From contig NZ_FNLK01000014.1 in assembly GCF_900105015.1 (NCBI RefSeq), positions 90,001 to 122,000 on the forward strand: 32,000 nt of DNA, given 5' to 3'. This stretch comes from Schaalia meyeri (GTDB lineage Bacteria > Actinomycetota > Actinomycetes > Actinomycetales > Actinomycetaceae). Positions within the stretch are counted from its first letter, which is position 1; the number at the start of each line of letters is the position of its first letter. The position numbers and the translations under genes were made by a program. Below, one piece after another: positions 1 through 9,554 of this stretch. The notes beneath the pieces are model-generated. The model was not told the origin of the DNA and ran no database searches. It worked only from the letters and a program-made list of their open reading frames with translations.

Positions 1-89
1 ACGCAGCTCATGGCCTCGCCTGTCAAACCGTTGCTCCCCAATATGTTCCCGGAGAAATGGGTAGCATTGATGCGAACGGAGGTACCGAC

Positions 90-734
90 ATGGCCTTTGA
101 TTTCAAAAAGGAATATAAGGAACTCTATGCGCCCAAGAAGGGGCCGAGCATCGTCGAGGTGCCGCGCATGACGTACGTGGCTGTGCGCGGCAGCGGCGAC
201 CCCAACGAGCAGGGTGGGGCCTACCAGCGGGCGATCGCCACCCTGTACGGGGTCTCCTACGCGATCAAGATGAGCAAGAAAGGGGCGCGCGAGATCGACG
301 GCTACTTCGACTTTGTCGTGCCGCCGCTCGAAGGGTTTTGGTGGCAGGACAATGTCAGGGGAGTCGACTACGCCCACAAGGAGACCTTCAACTGGATCTC
401 GGTCATCCGCCTCCCCGACTTCGTGACCCGCGAGGACTTCTGCTGGGCCGTAGAGGAAGCGACCAAGAAAAAGAAGATGGACTTTTCCGCAGCCGAGTAT
501 CTGACGATCGACGAGGGGCTGTGCGTGCAATGCATGCACGTCGGAAGCTACGACGATGAACCCGCCACTGTCGAGGCCATGCACGCCTACGTGGAAGAGA
601 ACGGATACGCGCTCGACCTGACGGATGATCGCCTGCATCATGAAATCTACCTGGGGGATGCTCGCAAGGTTGCCCCCGAGAAACTCAGGACGGTCATTCG
701 TCACCCGGTGAAGCGGGTGAATGCCACCCTCTGA
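90..734 (+). CDS. GyrI-like small-molecule-binding domain protein
   Basis: The ORF track gives 57..734. The internal ATG at 90 has GGAGG at 78-82 with 7 nt spacing, whereas ATG 57 abuts its purine run. The translation MAFDFKKEYKELY..PSIVEVPRMTYVAVRGSGDPN..VPPLEGFWW is the typical N-terminal and core signature of GyrI-like/SOUL-type effector-binding proteins. Confidence 0.8.
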   Translation: MAFDFKKEYKELYAPKKGPSIVEVPRMTYVAVRGSGDPNEQGGAYQRAIATLYGVSYAIKMSKKGAREIDGYFDFVVPPLEGFWWQDNVRGVDYAHKETFNWISVIRLPDFVTREDFCWAVEEATKKKKMDFSAAEYLTIDEGLCVQCMHVGSYDDEPATVEAMHAYVEENGYALDLTDDRLHHEIYLGDARKVAPEKLRTVIRHPVKRVNATL

Positions 735-864
735 GGGCGGTTGGGCGGTCGCCCCTCTCGCGGGTGAGTCTTTCCGGGCCTTATCGGCGGCGGTGAACCT
801 GCTGGCTTGGAAACCATTTCCCGGGTACTGTTGGCCTGTTGACCCCTACATGAAGGAGCAGAAG

Positions 865-1182
865 ATGCTAGTTGTCACGACCCCAACTGTCGAAGGCATG
901 CCGATTAAGCAGTACATCGGGATGGTGTCGGGCGAGACTTTCGCCGGCGTCAACATGTTCAAGGACTTTGGTGCTGGCCTGTCCAACATGTTCGGCGGGC
1001 GTGCCTCCCAGTACGAGGAGGAAATCGGAAACGCGTCCGCGACCGCCGTCAACGAGATGTGCACCCGCGCCCAAGCCATGGGAGCGAACGCCGTCGTCGG
1101 GGTGAAGGTCGACTACTTCACGGCCGGAACCAACAACGGCATGCTCGCCGCAATCGCGACCGGTACGGCGGTCATTCTCTGA
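865..1182 (+). CDS. YbjQ/UPF0145 family (heavy-metal-binding-domain-like) protein
   Basis: AAGGAG at 853-858 lies 6 nt before ATG 865. The translation MLVVTTPTVEGMPIKQYIGMVSGE...ANAVVGVKVDY is characteristic of the YbjQ family. The longer 721 start adds a non-conserved extension. Confidence 0.8.
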   Translation: MLVVTTPTVEGMPIKQYIGMVSGETFAGVNMFKDFGAGLSNMFGGRASQYEEEIGNASATAVNEMCTRAQAMGANAVVGVKVDYFTAGTNNGMLAAIATGTAVIL

Positions 1183-1242
1183 TTGGCCGTTGTTGGCGAT
1201 AGCCCGAAACTTCGCGGTGGATTGGTTAGTTGTGTGGGTGGG

Positions 1243-1279
1243 CCCGCGTCCCTGGAGTTTTCTGGGGGCGCGGGTTTTT
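1243..1279 (+). terminator. Intrinsic terminator downstream of the ybjQ-like gene
   Basis: CCCGCGTCCC (1243-1252) pairs with GGGGCGCGGG (1265-1274), giving 10 bp with one G-U wobble and a 12-nt loop. It is followed by TTTTT at 1275-1279. Confidence 0.6.
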
Positions 1280-1321
1280 GTGTGTGGGTGATGGTGGGTG
1301 GGGTTTGGTTTGGTTGATCCT

Positions 1322-1357
1322 GTGGGTGTGGGTGTGGGTGTGGGTGTGGGTGTGGGT
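1322..1357. repeat. Perfect hexanucleotide microsatellite (GTGGGT)x6
   Basis: Six perfect tandem units counted directly in the sequence. The ORF track reads them as WVWVWVWVWVWV. Degenerate GT/GGG units flank the tract. Confidence 0.95.
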
Positions 1358-1536
1358 GTGTGGTGTGTTGGTTAAAGTCTCAGTGTTTTTTCAGGCTGTA
1401 TTGTCGTTGTGGCAAGGTTGGTTTTTTATGGTTGGTGTTGTCACAAGGGAATACGGCACGGGCCGCTGGGGTCCGGGGTATGCCGACGAGATATTTTTGA
1501 GGAGCCTTCTGGGAGTACTTGCACTGTGTTGATGGG

Positions 1537-1578
1537 ATATGCTGTGGGGCCGACCGAGAGGTCGGCCCCACAGCATAT
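1537..1578 (+). terminator. Orphan perfect hairpin (19-bp stem, GAGA tetraloop), terminator-like
   Basis: ATATGCTGTGGGGCCGACC-GAGA-GGTCGGCCCCACAGCATAT is a perfect inverted repeat. It is followed by CTGCGCTTTGTT, resembling the hup terminator (2190-2219) in both stem core and 3' tail. No credible ORF lies upstream. Confidence 0.5.
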
Positions 1579-1742
1579 CTGCGCTTTGTTCCAGTCGTGG
1601 AAGGAAGGATCGTTGGAGATGGGAAGCGCGCCTCTGCGCTGCACCGCTCGAAGCAGACGAATGCGCCGGTCGCGGCCTGTTTCACGGTCGCGATGAGCTG
1701 AACGATTGGGAAGTTTGGGTGACGTGTGGCACATAATGTGGG

Positions 1743-1829
1743 ATTTTGAGATCAAAATGGGTGGCATTTTCGTGAAATCCGCGAAATTTGGCACTAAAGT
1801 CGGCGAAATGGCCGGAGATTTCGTAGTGT
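1743..1829 (+). promoter_or_regulatory. AT-rich hup upstream control region with inverted repeats
   Basis: ATTTTGA-GA-TCAAAAT lies at 1743-1758. G(T/C)GAAAT occurs three times (1772, 1781, 1803). CGAAAT-N8-ATTTCG lies at 1804-1823, immediately followed by the TANNNT-type hexamer TAGTGT at 1824-1829. Confidence 0.35.
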
Positions 1830-1884
1830 GTGTTTCGAGGCCACGACAGTGGTAACCAAGAACGAACAGGAATGAGGTTTCTCA

Positions 1885-2166
1885 ATGTCCGTGAACCGTA
1901 CCGAGCTTGTCGCTCAGATTGCCGAACGCGCCGACCTGACCAAGGCGAAGGCCGACGAGGCCCTGGCTGCCTTCCAGGCCGTCCTCGTTGAGTCCCTGGC
2001 TAAGGGCGAGGCCGTCAAGGTGACCGGCCTGCTCTCGGTCGAGCGTGTCGAGCGCGCTGCTCGCACCGGCCGCAACCCCCGCACCGGCGAAGAGATCAAG
2101 ATTCCCGCCGGCTATGGCGTTAAGCTTTCCGCTGGCTCCACGCTGAAGAAGGCCGTCTCCAAGTGA
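1885..2166 (+). CDS. hup: HU family nucleoid-associated DNA-binding protein
   Basis: 93 aa. MSVNRTELV..., the RTGRNPRTGEEIKIPA arm motif and GAGG 7 nt upstream of the ATG all fit HU. Confidence 0.95.
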   Translation: MSVNRTELVAQIAERADLTKAKADEALAAFQAVLVESLAKGEAVKVTGLLSVERVERAARTGRNPRTGEEIKIPAGYGVKLSAGSTLKKAVSK

Positions 2167-2189
2167 GACGCTGACCCAGGCGAATCGCT

Positions 2190-2219
2190 GTGGGGCACGA
2201 CCACGTGGTCGTGCCCCAC
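2190..2219 (+). terminator. hup intrinsic terminator
   Basis: GTGGGGCACGACC-ACGT-GGTCGTGCCCCAC forms a perfect 13-bp stem 24 nt after the hup stop. It is followed by TCGCTTTGT. Confidence 0.7.
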
Positions 2220-2271
2220 TCGCTTTGTCACCTTGTCTGTCCGTCCCGACACGGAGCCCGCACGGTGGCGT

Positions 2272-2302
2272 CCCCCCGGCCCGAAAACTTCGGGCCGGGG
2301 GG
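2272..2302 (-). terminator. GC-rich hairpin downstream of the ABC transporter operon
   Basis: CCCCCCGGCCCGAA-AAC-TTCGGGCCGGGGGG forms a perfect 14-bp stem 33 nt past the ATPase stop on the minus strand. There is no clear U-tract, which is common in actinobacteria. Confidence 0.5.
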
Positions 2303-2334
2303 ACGCGATTTGGAGTTCGCCATGAACGACTGTG

Positions 2335-4413
<2,079 letters not shown>

Positions 4414-4422
4414 GGTTCTAGC

Positions 4423-5322
4423 TCACCTCTTGCGCAGTCGAACTTCGAAGGCGTCACGCAGGCCGTCGCCGATGAAGTTGAACGACAAGACCAGAAGGAT
4501 GATGAGGACGCCTGGCGGGTAGAGCAGCCACCAGTTGCCCGAATACACGTGTGACTGGCTGTTGGAGAGCATTGCTCCCCAGTCGGTGGCGGGGGGCTGT
4601 GCGCCCAGGCCGAGGAACGACAGGTAAGCGACGTAGAGAACGGCGTCGGCGACCTGGAAAGTCGCGTTGACGATGACGGTTCCGATCGTGTTACGCACGA
4701 TGTGCGTGCGGATGGCGCGCGGCATCGACCCTCCCATGCCGCGCATTGCGATGACGTATTCACGCGTGCGCAGGGACAGCGCTTCGCCTCGGATCAGGCG
4801 GGACGTGCCCAGCCAGGACAGGGCCGACATGATGATGATGAGGACGGGAACCGTCGGGGGAATCATCGTGGCGATCAGCATGAAGAGGAAGAGGACAGGC
4901 ACGGACATGAGCGCGTCGACGATGCGCATCATGATCGCGTCGACCCACCCTCCGACGAAGCCCGCGATGGCACCGTACAGGGTGCCGATAGTGGTCGCGA
5001 AGATGCCGGCGAACAGACCGACAATGATCGAGGTCTGGCCGCCCTTCATGAGGCGTCCCAGCTGGTCGTAGCCGACCATATCGGTGCCGAGTGGGTGTTC
5101 GGAGGAGGGGGCCAACGCTGAGTTCGCCAGATCGGTGTGAATCTGGTCGGTCACATAGAACATGGGGCCGATGAACGAGAAAGCCATCAAAATGAGGATC
5201 AGGCCCACGCCGAAGACGGCGAGCCGGTTTTCCATGAATACCTGCAGGCCCTGCAGCTTGGTGGACTTGCGGGCGGTGCGCGCCTGTGCGGGCACGGCGG
5301 GGGTCGCGGCTAATGTGGTCAT
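4423..5322 (-). CDS. ABC transporter permease, OppC/DppC type
   Basis: Multi-TM protein with an N-terminal extension and an EAA-like loop region. Its start overlaps the upstream permease stop and its stop lies 9 nt before the ATPase start. Confidence 0.9.
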   Translation of the reverse strand: MTTLAATPAVPAQARTARKSTKLQGLQVFMENRLAVFGVGLILILMAFSFIGPMFYVTDQIHTDLANSALAPSSEHPLGTDMVGYDQLGRLMKGGQTSIIVGLFAGIFATTIGTLYGAIAGFVGGWVDAIMMRIVDALMSVPVLFLFMLIATMIPPTVPVLIIIMSALSWLGTSRLIRGEALSLRTREYVIAMRGMGGSMPRAIRTHIVRNTIGTVIVNATFQVADAVLYVAYLSFLGLGAQPPATDWGAMLSNSQSHVYSGNWWLLYPPGVLIILLVLSFNFIGDGLRDAFEVRLRKR

Positions 5323-6278
5323 TTGGATCGTCCTGCCAGTCGGATTCGCGGATCGGCGACGGCGTAGAGCAGGTCGGCCAGGAGTGCGCCGACGACGGTC
5401 GCGAAGGAGATGATGAGGGCGACGCCCAGAAGGATCGGGTAGTCGCGCCTGCCGGTTGCCTGGAAGTACAGGTAGCCCATGCCGTTGAAGTTAAAGAGCG
5501 TTTCGATGACGAGGGCTCCAGAGAACATGGCGGGTATGTACAGGCCGATCATGGTGATCACGGGGAACATGGCGTTGCGCAGCGTGTGGACGAAAACCAC
5601 GCGGAACTCCGACAGACCCTTCGCACGGGCGGTGCGCACGTACTGTTCGTTGAGGTTATCCACCATCGAGGAACGCACGTAGCGTGCGTAGGCGGCGATC
5701 GTGGCGATCGAGAGGGCACATACGGGCAGGATCAGGTGGTCCCACTGCTCCCACATGACGGAGAGGTCTTCGCCCTGCGGGGCGTCGTTGGGCAGGATTG
5801 GCCACACCTGAGAGAACAGGACGATCAGGAGCAGGCCCGCGAAGAAGATGGGCGTTGAATAGGCCAGGAGACACGCAATTGTTACGACGTAGTCGGGTGC
5901 TTTGTTTCTCTTGACTGCCTGCCACACGCCCAGGGGGATGGCGATGATGAGAGCCAGGATGGTGGACAGCAGTGAGAGGAAGATGGTGCGCGGCAGGCGT
6001 GCGGCCAGCAGGTCATTGACGGACTGGTTGTGCTGGTAGGAGTATCCGAAGTCGCCGTGCGCAATTTTGTTGAGATAGTTGACGTACTGCTCGGGTATGG
6101 GCCGGTCGTAGCCGTTTTCGTGATCGAAAGCCGCGAGCTGTTCTTTCGTCGCGTCCTTGCCCAGCGCGGCTCGGGCTGCACCGCCCGGCTGAGACTGGAG
6201 CAGGATGAAGGTGATGATAGTGACCAGGAAAACAACGATGACTGCCTGGCCGAGGCGTTTGAGGATGAATTGAATCAT
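5319..6278 (-). CDS. ABC transporter permease, OppB/DppB type
   Basis: MIQFILKRLGQAVIVVF is the canonical OppB/DppB N-terminus. GGAG lies 6 nt upstream of ATG 6278. The track start at 6290 is a GTG inside the RBS. Confidence 0.9.
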   Translation of the reverse strand: MIQFILKRLGQAVIVVFLVTIITFILLQSQPGGAARAALGKDATKEQLAAFDHENGYDRPIPEQYVNYLNKIAHGDFGYSYQHNQSVNDLLAARLPRTIFLSLLSTILALIIAIPLGVWQAVKRNKAPDYVVTIACLLAYSTPIFFAGLLLIVLFSQVWPILPNDAPQGEDLSVMWEQWDHLILPVCALSIATIAAYARYVRSSMVDNLNEQYVRTARAKGLSEFRVVFVHTLRNAMFPVITMIGLYIPAMFSGALVIETLFNFNGMGYLYFQATGRRDYPILLGVALIISFATVVGALLADLLYAVADPRIRLAGRSK

Positions 6279-6355
6279 TGCGAACTCCACAGTTAGGGGG
6301 CAGGCGCCCGCATGTGCGGGTGCGGGCGCCTGCCCCGTGAGGCGCTAGAGCAGGG

Positions 6356-8155
6356 TTACTTGCCTTCGCCGGTCTGCCACGACCAGTCTTCGGGCCAGGT
6401 GCCGCCGGTCGCGTCAACGTCGCCCACGTCGAGCGCCTTCTTCACTGCGGTGATCTGGTAGTACGGGTTTGGCATCCACAAAACGGGGAGATCCTCTGCG
6501 AGGTAGTCGTTGTACGACTTCAGCGCGTCGGGTGCGGAGGAGCGGGTGGACTCTTCGATGAGCTTGTCGGCCTCGGGGTTGGAGTACTGGCCGAGGTTGA
6601 CGGGGGCGTCACTGGCGAAGAGTCGCTCGCCGGAGGCATAGATCGGGAAGCCCCACGAGGTCTGGGATCCGAAGAAGGACAGGTCCCACGTGCAGGGAGT
6701 TTCGTCGTCGCATGCCTGGGAGGCGCCCACGGAGTCGGGGACCTCGTTCATGTCGATCTTGATGCCGACCTTGCCGAACTGGGAGATGATCTCCTCGAAC
6801 ATCTGGTGCGTAGAGACGAAGCCCGACTGGGAGATGAGCTTGAAGGTCAGTCCGTCGCCGGCCTCAATGCCCTCACCGCACTGGTCGGGCCCGGTGCCCG
6901 GGTTCTGGCAGGTGGAGGTGCCGTCGGGAACGATCTTCCAACCGTGGTCCTCGAGGAGCTTCTTGGCGGCGTCCGGGTTGAAAGGGTAGACGCAGCCGTC
7001 AAGGGTGCCGACCTTCTCGGGTTCCATGGGGACGGGACCACACGTGGGGGAGGCTGTGCCGGACCAGATCTTCTCGGAGAGGGTCTTTTGATCGATCAGC
7101 TGCTGCATCGCCTGGCGGATGTACTTCTGGTTGGTGAACTTGGCTCCGGGTGCCTTGGGGTAGAAGTTCATGGCCAGGTAGGTGATGGAGTTACCGGGCC
7201 AGAGGAAGACGTTGTAGCCCTTACCCTCGACCATCTTGCGCTGGTTGTACTGGGCGGCGGGGATGTATCCGAAGTCGATGCTGCCCGAGCGAACAGAGTT
7301 AAACTCCGCGTCGTCACCGGTGAATGCCTTGTAGATCAACTTGTCGATCTTGGGTTTGTCCTCGCCCCAGTAGTTTTCGTTGGGGACCAACTCCAGGCCC
7401 TGGTCGGGCGTGAAGGAAGAGACCTTCCAGGGGCCGTTCACGGTCTGCCACAGGGGGTTGGTGGCGTAGGTCGAGAGGTTTTTGGCCTCGCTCTGCAGAT
7501 AGGAGAAGACCTTCTGTGCGCCCTCAGGGGTGCGATCCAGGTCGGAGACCTCCTCGTCGGCGCTGGACTTGTCCCAGGCGTGCTGGGGCAGGAGCGCGAC
7601 CTTGTTGATCTGGTTGTCGATGAACCAGGCGGGGGCAAACTTGTCGTCGGTCGTGATGGAGAAGGTGCGCGCGTCCTTGATGTTCAGTGATGCGCCGTCG
7701 GGGAAGAATCCCTTCTTGTAAGAGGCCCACTCGTCCTTGTTGTTGGTAACGAGGTTCCACCAGAACTCCACGTCGCGGGTGGAGACGGGCGTGCCGTCGC
7801 TCCACTTGGCGTCTTCGCGCAGGGTGATGGTGAAGGTCTTGCCGTCCTCGGACACCTCGGGCACGGTGCCCAGGGACTTGGGGAGGTGGATCTTGTAGGG
7901 GGTTTCGGATGTGGACTTGTAGGCGAAGAGGGGGCGGTACATCGCTTGGATGAAGTTACCGTTCTCGCCCTGGGTGTAGCCCTTTGCTGAGATCGGGAAG
8001 ATCCAGTTCGGGATGCGCGAGGCCATGGTGACCTCGTTCTTTCCGGTCTCTGAGGTGGCGGCACGGTTGTTGCCGCCGCAGGCGGACAGGCCCAGAGTGG
8101 CGGCCATTGCGAGAGCCGCTCCAGTGGCGATCCACCGCATTTTTCTGAGGTTCAT
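6356..8155 (-). CDS. Family-5 (peptide/nickel/oligosaccharide type) solute-binding lipoprotein
   Basis: Signal peptide with lipobox LSAC-GG. At 599 aa it has the typical SBP_bac_5-like length. GGAG lies 5 nt before the ATG. It is the first gene of the minus-strand transporter operon. Confidence 0.9.
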   Translation of the reverse strand: MNLRKMRWIATGAALAMAATLGLSACGGNNRAATSETGKNEVTMASRIPNWIFPISAKGYTQGENGNFIQAMYRPLFAYKSTSETPYKIHLPKSLGTVPEVSEDGKTFTITLREDAKWSDGTPVSTRDVEFWWNLVTNNKDEWASYKKGFFPDGASLNIKDARTFSITTDDKFAPAWFIDNQINKVALLPQHAWDKSSADEEVSDLDRTPEGAQKVFSYLQSEAKNLSTYATNPLWQTVNGPWKVSSFTPDQGLELVPNENYWGEDKPKIDKLIYKAFTGDDAEFNSVRSGSIDFGYIPAAQYNQRKMVEGKGYNVFLWPGNSITYLAMNFYPKAPGAKFTNQKYIRQAMQQLIDQKTLSEKIWSGTASPTCGPVPMEPEKVGTLDGCVYPFNPDAAKKLLEDHGWKIVPDGTSTCQNPGTGPDQCGEGIEAGDGLTFKLISQSGFVSTHQMFEEIISQFGKVGIKIDMNEVPDSVGASQACDDETPCTWDLSFFGSQTSWGFPIYASGERLFASDAPVNLGQYSNPEADKLIEESTRSSAPDALKSYNDYLAEDLPVLWMPNPYYQITAVKKALDVGDVDATGGTWPEDWSWQTGEGK

Positions 8156-8166
8156 GACTGCTCCAA

Positions 8167-8178
8167 ATCAACGTTGAT
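8167..8178. promoter_or_regulatory. Perfect 12-bp palindrome ATCAACGTTGAT, a candidate operator in the SBP 5' leader
   Basis: Read directly from the sequence. It sits just upstream (minus-strand sense) of the SBP RBS, within the AT-rich divergent region between the SBP and ROK regulator genes. Confidence 0.4.
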
Positions 8179-8405
8179 CGGGGACTCTGACGGGATCGGA
8201 TCCTGCCAGACGGCATATATCATATGACAGTTTGATGTCCAATGTTGCCGGAATGGTAAAAATCGTGAATGTTACGAAAAAATAACAATGATTTTTGGTG
8301 AAAGAAGTGCCATACTTTCTTCGGTGATGCATAATTGGTGCTGTTCTCAACGGCGAGCGCCGTGTTACGTTGCGGTTACCACATGCCTACTCAACAGGAG
8401 GTGTC

Positions 8406-9554
8406 ATGGCCACGCATGACGTTGACGAGACTGTCCTGACCCTGATCGGGTCCGGGCAGGCTGACACGCGCCCCGCAATCGTCAAGCAGACTGGCCTCGC
8501 ACCGTCAACAGTTTCGGCCGCAGTGTCTCGCCTCGTCGAGGCGGGGGTGATCACGGAAGCGGACCAGTCCGTATCGACGGGCGGCAGGCGGGCGCGCCGC
8601 CTCGTCACCTCCGATGGGATCGGCGCCCTCGCGCTGGTCGAGCTGGGAGCCCATCACGGATTGGTAGCCCTGACGGATCCGACGCGCGGGATAGGGGAGG
8701 CGACCAGCCTCCTTATCGATATCGCGAGTGGCCCCAAAGCTGTGCTGAGCGTCGTCATGAGGGAAATCGCGCGCCAGGAGAAAGCCGCCGGCGTGCGGGT
8801 CGGTGGCCTCGTCCTGGCGGTGCCGGGCCCCGTTGACGAGGAGGGTTCCCGCGTTATCCGCCCGTCCCGAATGCCCGGGTGGGATGGGATTAACGTTGCC
8901 GAGGCCGTGACCCGGCAATGCGGGCTGGCCGCCCTCATCGAGAACGACGCGCGCGCCGGCGCCATCGGCGAATCCATCTATCGGCGTCGCCTGCAAGGTG
9001 TTGCCCCCATTGACACCCTCATCTACATCAAGGCGGGGTCCGCCATCGGCGGCGCCTACCTGGTTGATGGAGTCCCCCTCGTCGGGCAGGGCGGCCTCGC
9101 GGGCGACGTCTCCCACATCCCCGTCGACGCGGCAGCGGGACGCCCCTGCAAGTGCGGTAACGTCGGCTGCCTGGAAACCGTCGCTTCCGCCGACTCTATC
9201 CGCGCGGACCTGGCCGCTGTCGGCCTCGTCTACGAAAACAACGCCCAGCTGCTGGCGGCCGCGCGTGACGGCATCCCCGAGGTTGCAACGGCCATCCGCC
9301 AGGCCGGCACCCTCCTGGGTCACAGCCTGGCCCATCTCGTGTCCTTCCTGGCACCCCAGGGCGTCATCGTCGGGGGAGCGCTCTCCGCCGTCGACGCCTT
9401 CAGTGCGGGCGTGCGCGCCGCGCTTCACCAATCCTGCCTACCCCCGATCATGGAACACCTCGTGATCGAGTCATCCCGCTCAGGGCGCGAAGCCGCGCTC
9501 TGGGGACTGTCGACACTCACCCCCCAGAAGATCTCAAAGGAGAATCGCTCATGA
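8406..9554 (+). CDS. ROK family transcriptional regulator
   Basis: N-terminal winged-HTH (RPAIVKQTGLAPSTVSAAVSRLVEAGVI) plus a ROK sugar-kinase-like body with the CKCGNVGCLE zinc motif. AGGAGG at 8396-8401 precedes ATG 8406. Confidence 0.85.
   Translation: MATHDVDETVLTLIGSGQADTRPAIVKQTGLAPSTVSAAVSRLVEAGVITEADQSVSTGGRRARRLVTSDGIGALALVELGAHHGLVALTDPTRGIGEATSLLIDIASGPKAVLSVVMREIARQEKAAGVRVGGLVLAVPGPVDEEGSRVIRPSRMPGWDGINVAEAVTRQCGLAALIENDARAGAIGESIYRRRLQGVAPIDTLIYIKAGSAIGGAYLVDGVPLVGQGGLAGDVSHIPVDAAAGRPCKCGNVGCLETVASADSIRADLAAVGLVYENNAQLLAAARDGIPEVATAIRQAGTLLGHSLAHLVSFLAPQGVIVGGALSAVDAFSAGVRAALHQSCLPPIMEHLVIESSRSGREAALWGLSTLTPQKISKENRS

Noticed and set aside
1322-1357. Possibility that the tandem repeats are a CRISPR array.
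   Set aside because: The units are 6 bp and contiguous with no spacers, and there are no cas genes. It is a microsatellite.
1230-1532. 100-aa ORF translating to ...WVWVWVWVWVWV....
   Set aside because: It is an artefact of reading through the GTGGGT microsatellite and GT-rich tract. It has no RBS and an implausible composition.
1598-1625. GGAAGGAAG at about 1599-1607, reminiscent of the SRP RNA domain IV motif.
   Set aside because: Only the 9-mer matches. The flanking conserved SRP nucleotides and the closing helix are absent.
1409-1701. Small ORFs (60-95 aa, several frames) crossing the 1537-1578 palindrome, plus an Arg-rich 26-codon ORF starting at 1619.
   Set aside because: They read straight through a perfect hairpin. 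They lack convincing starts and have Arg-rich low-complexity translations typical of non-coding GC-rich DNA.
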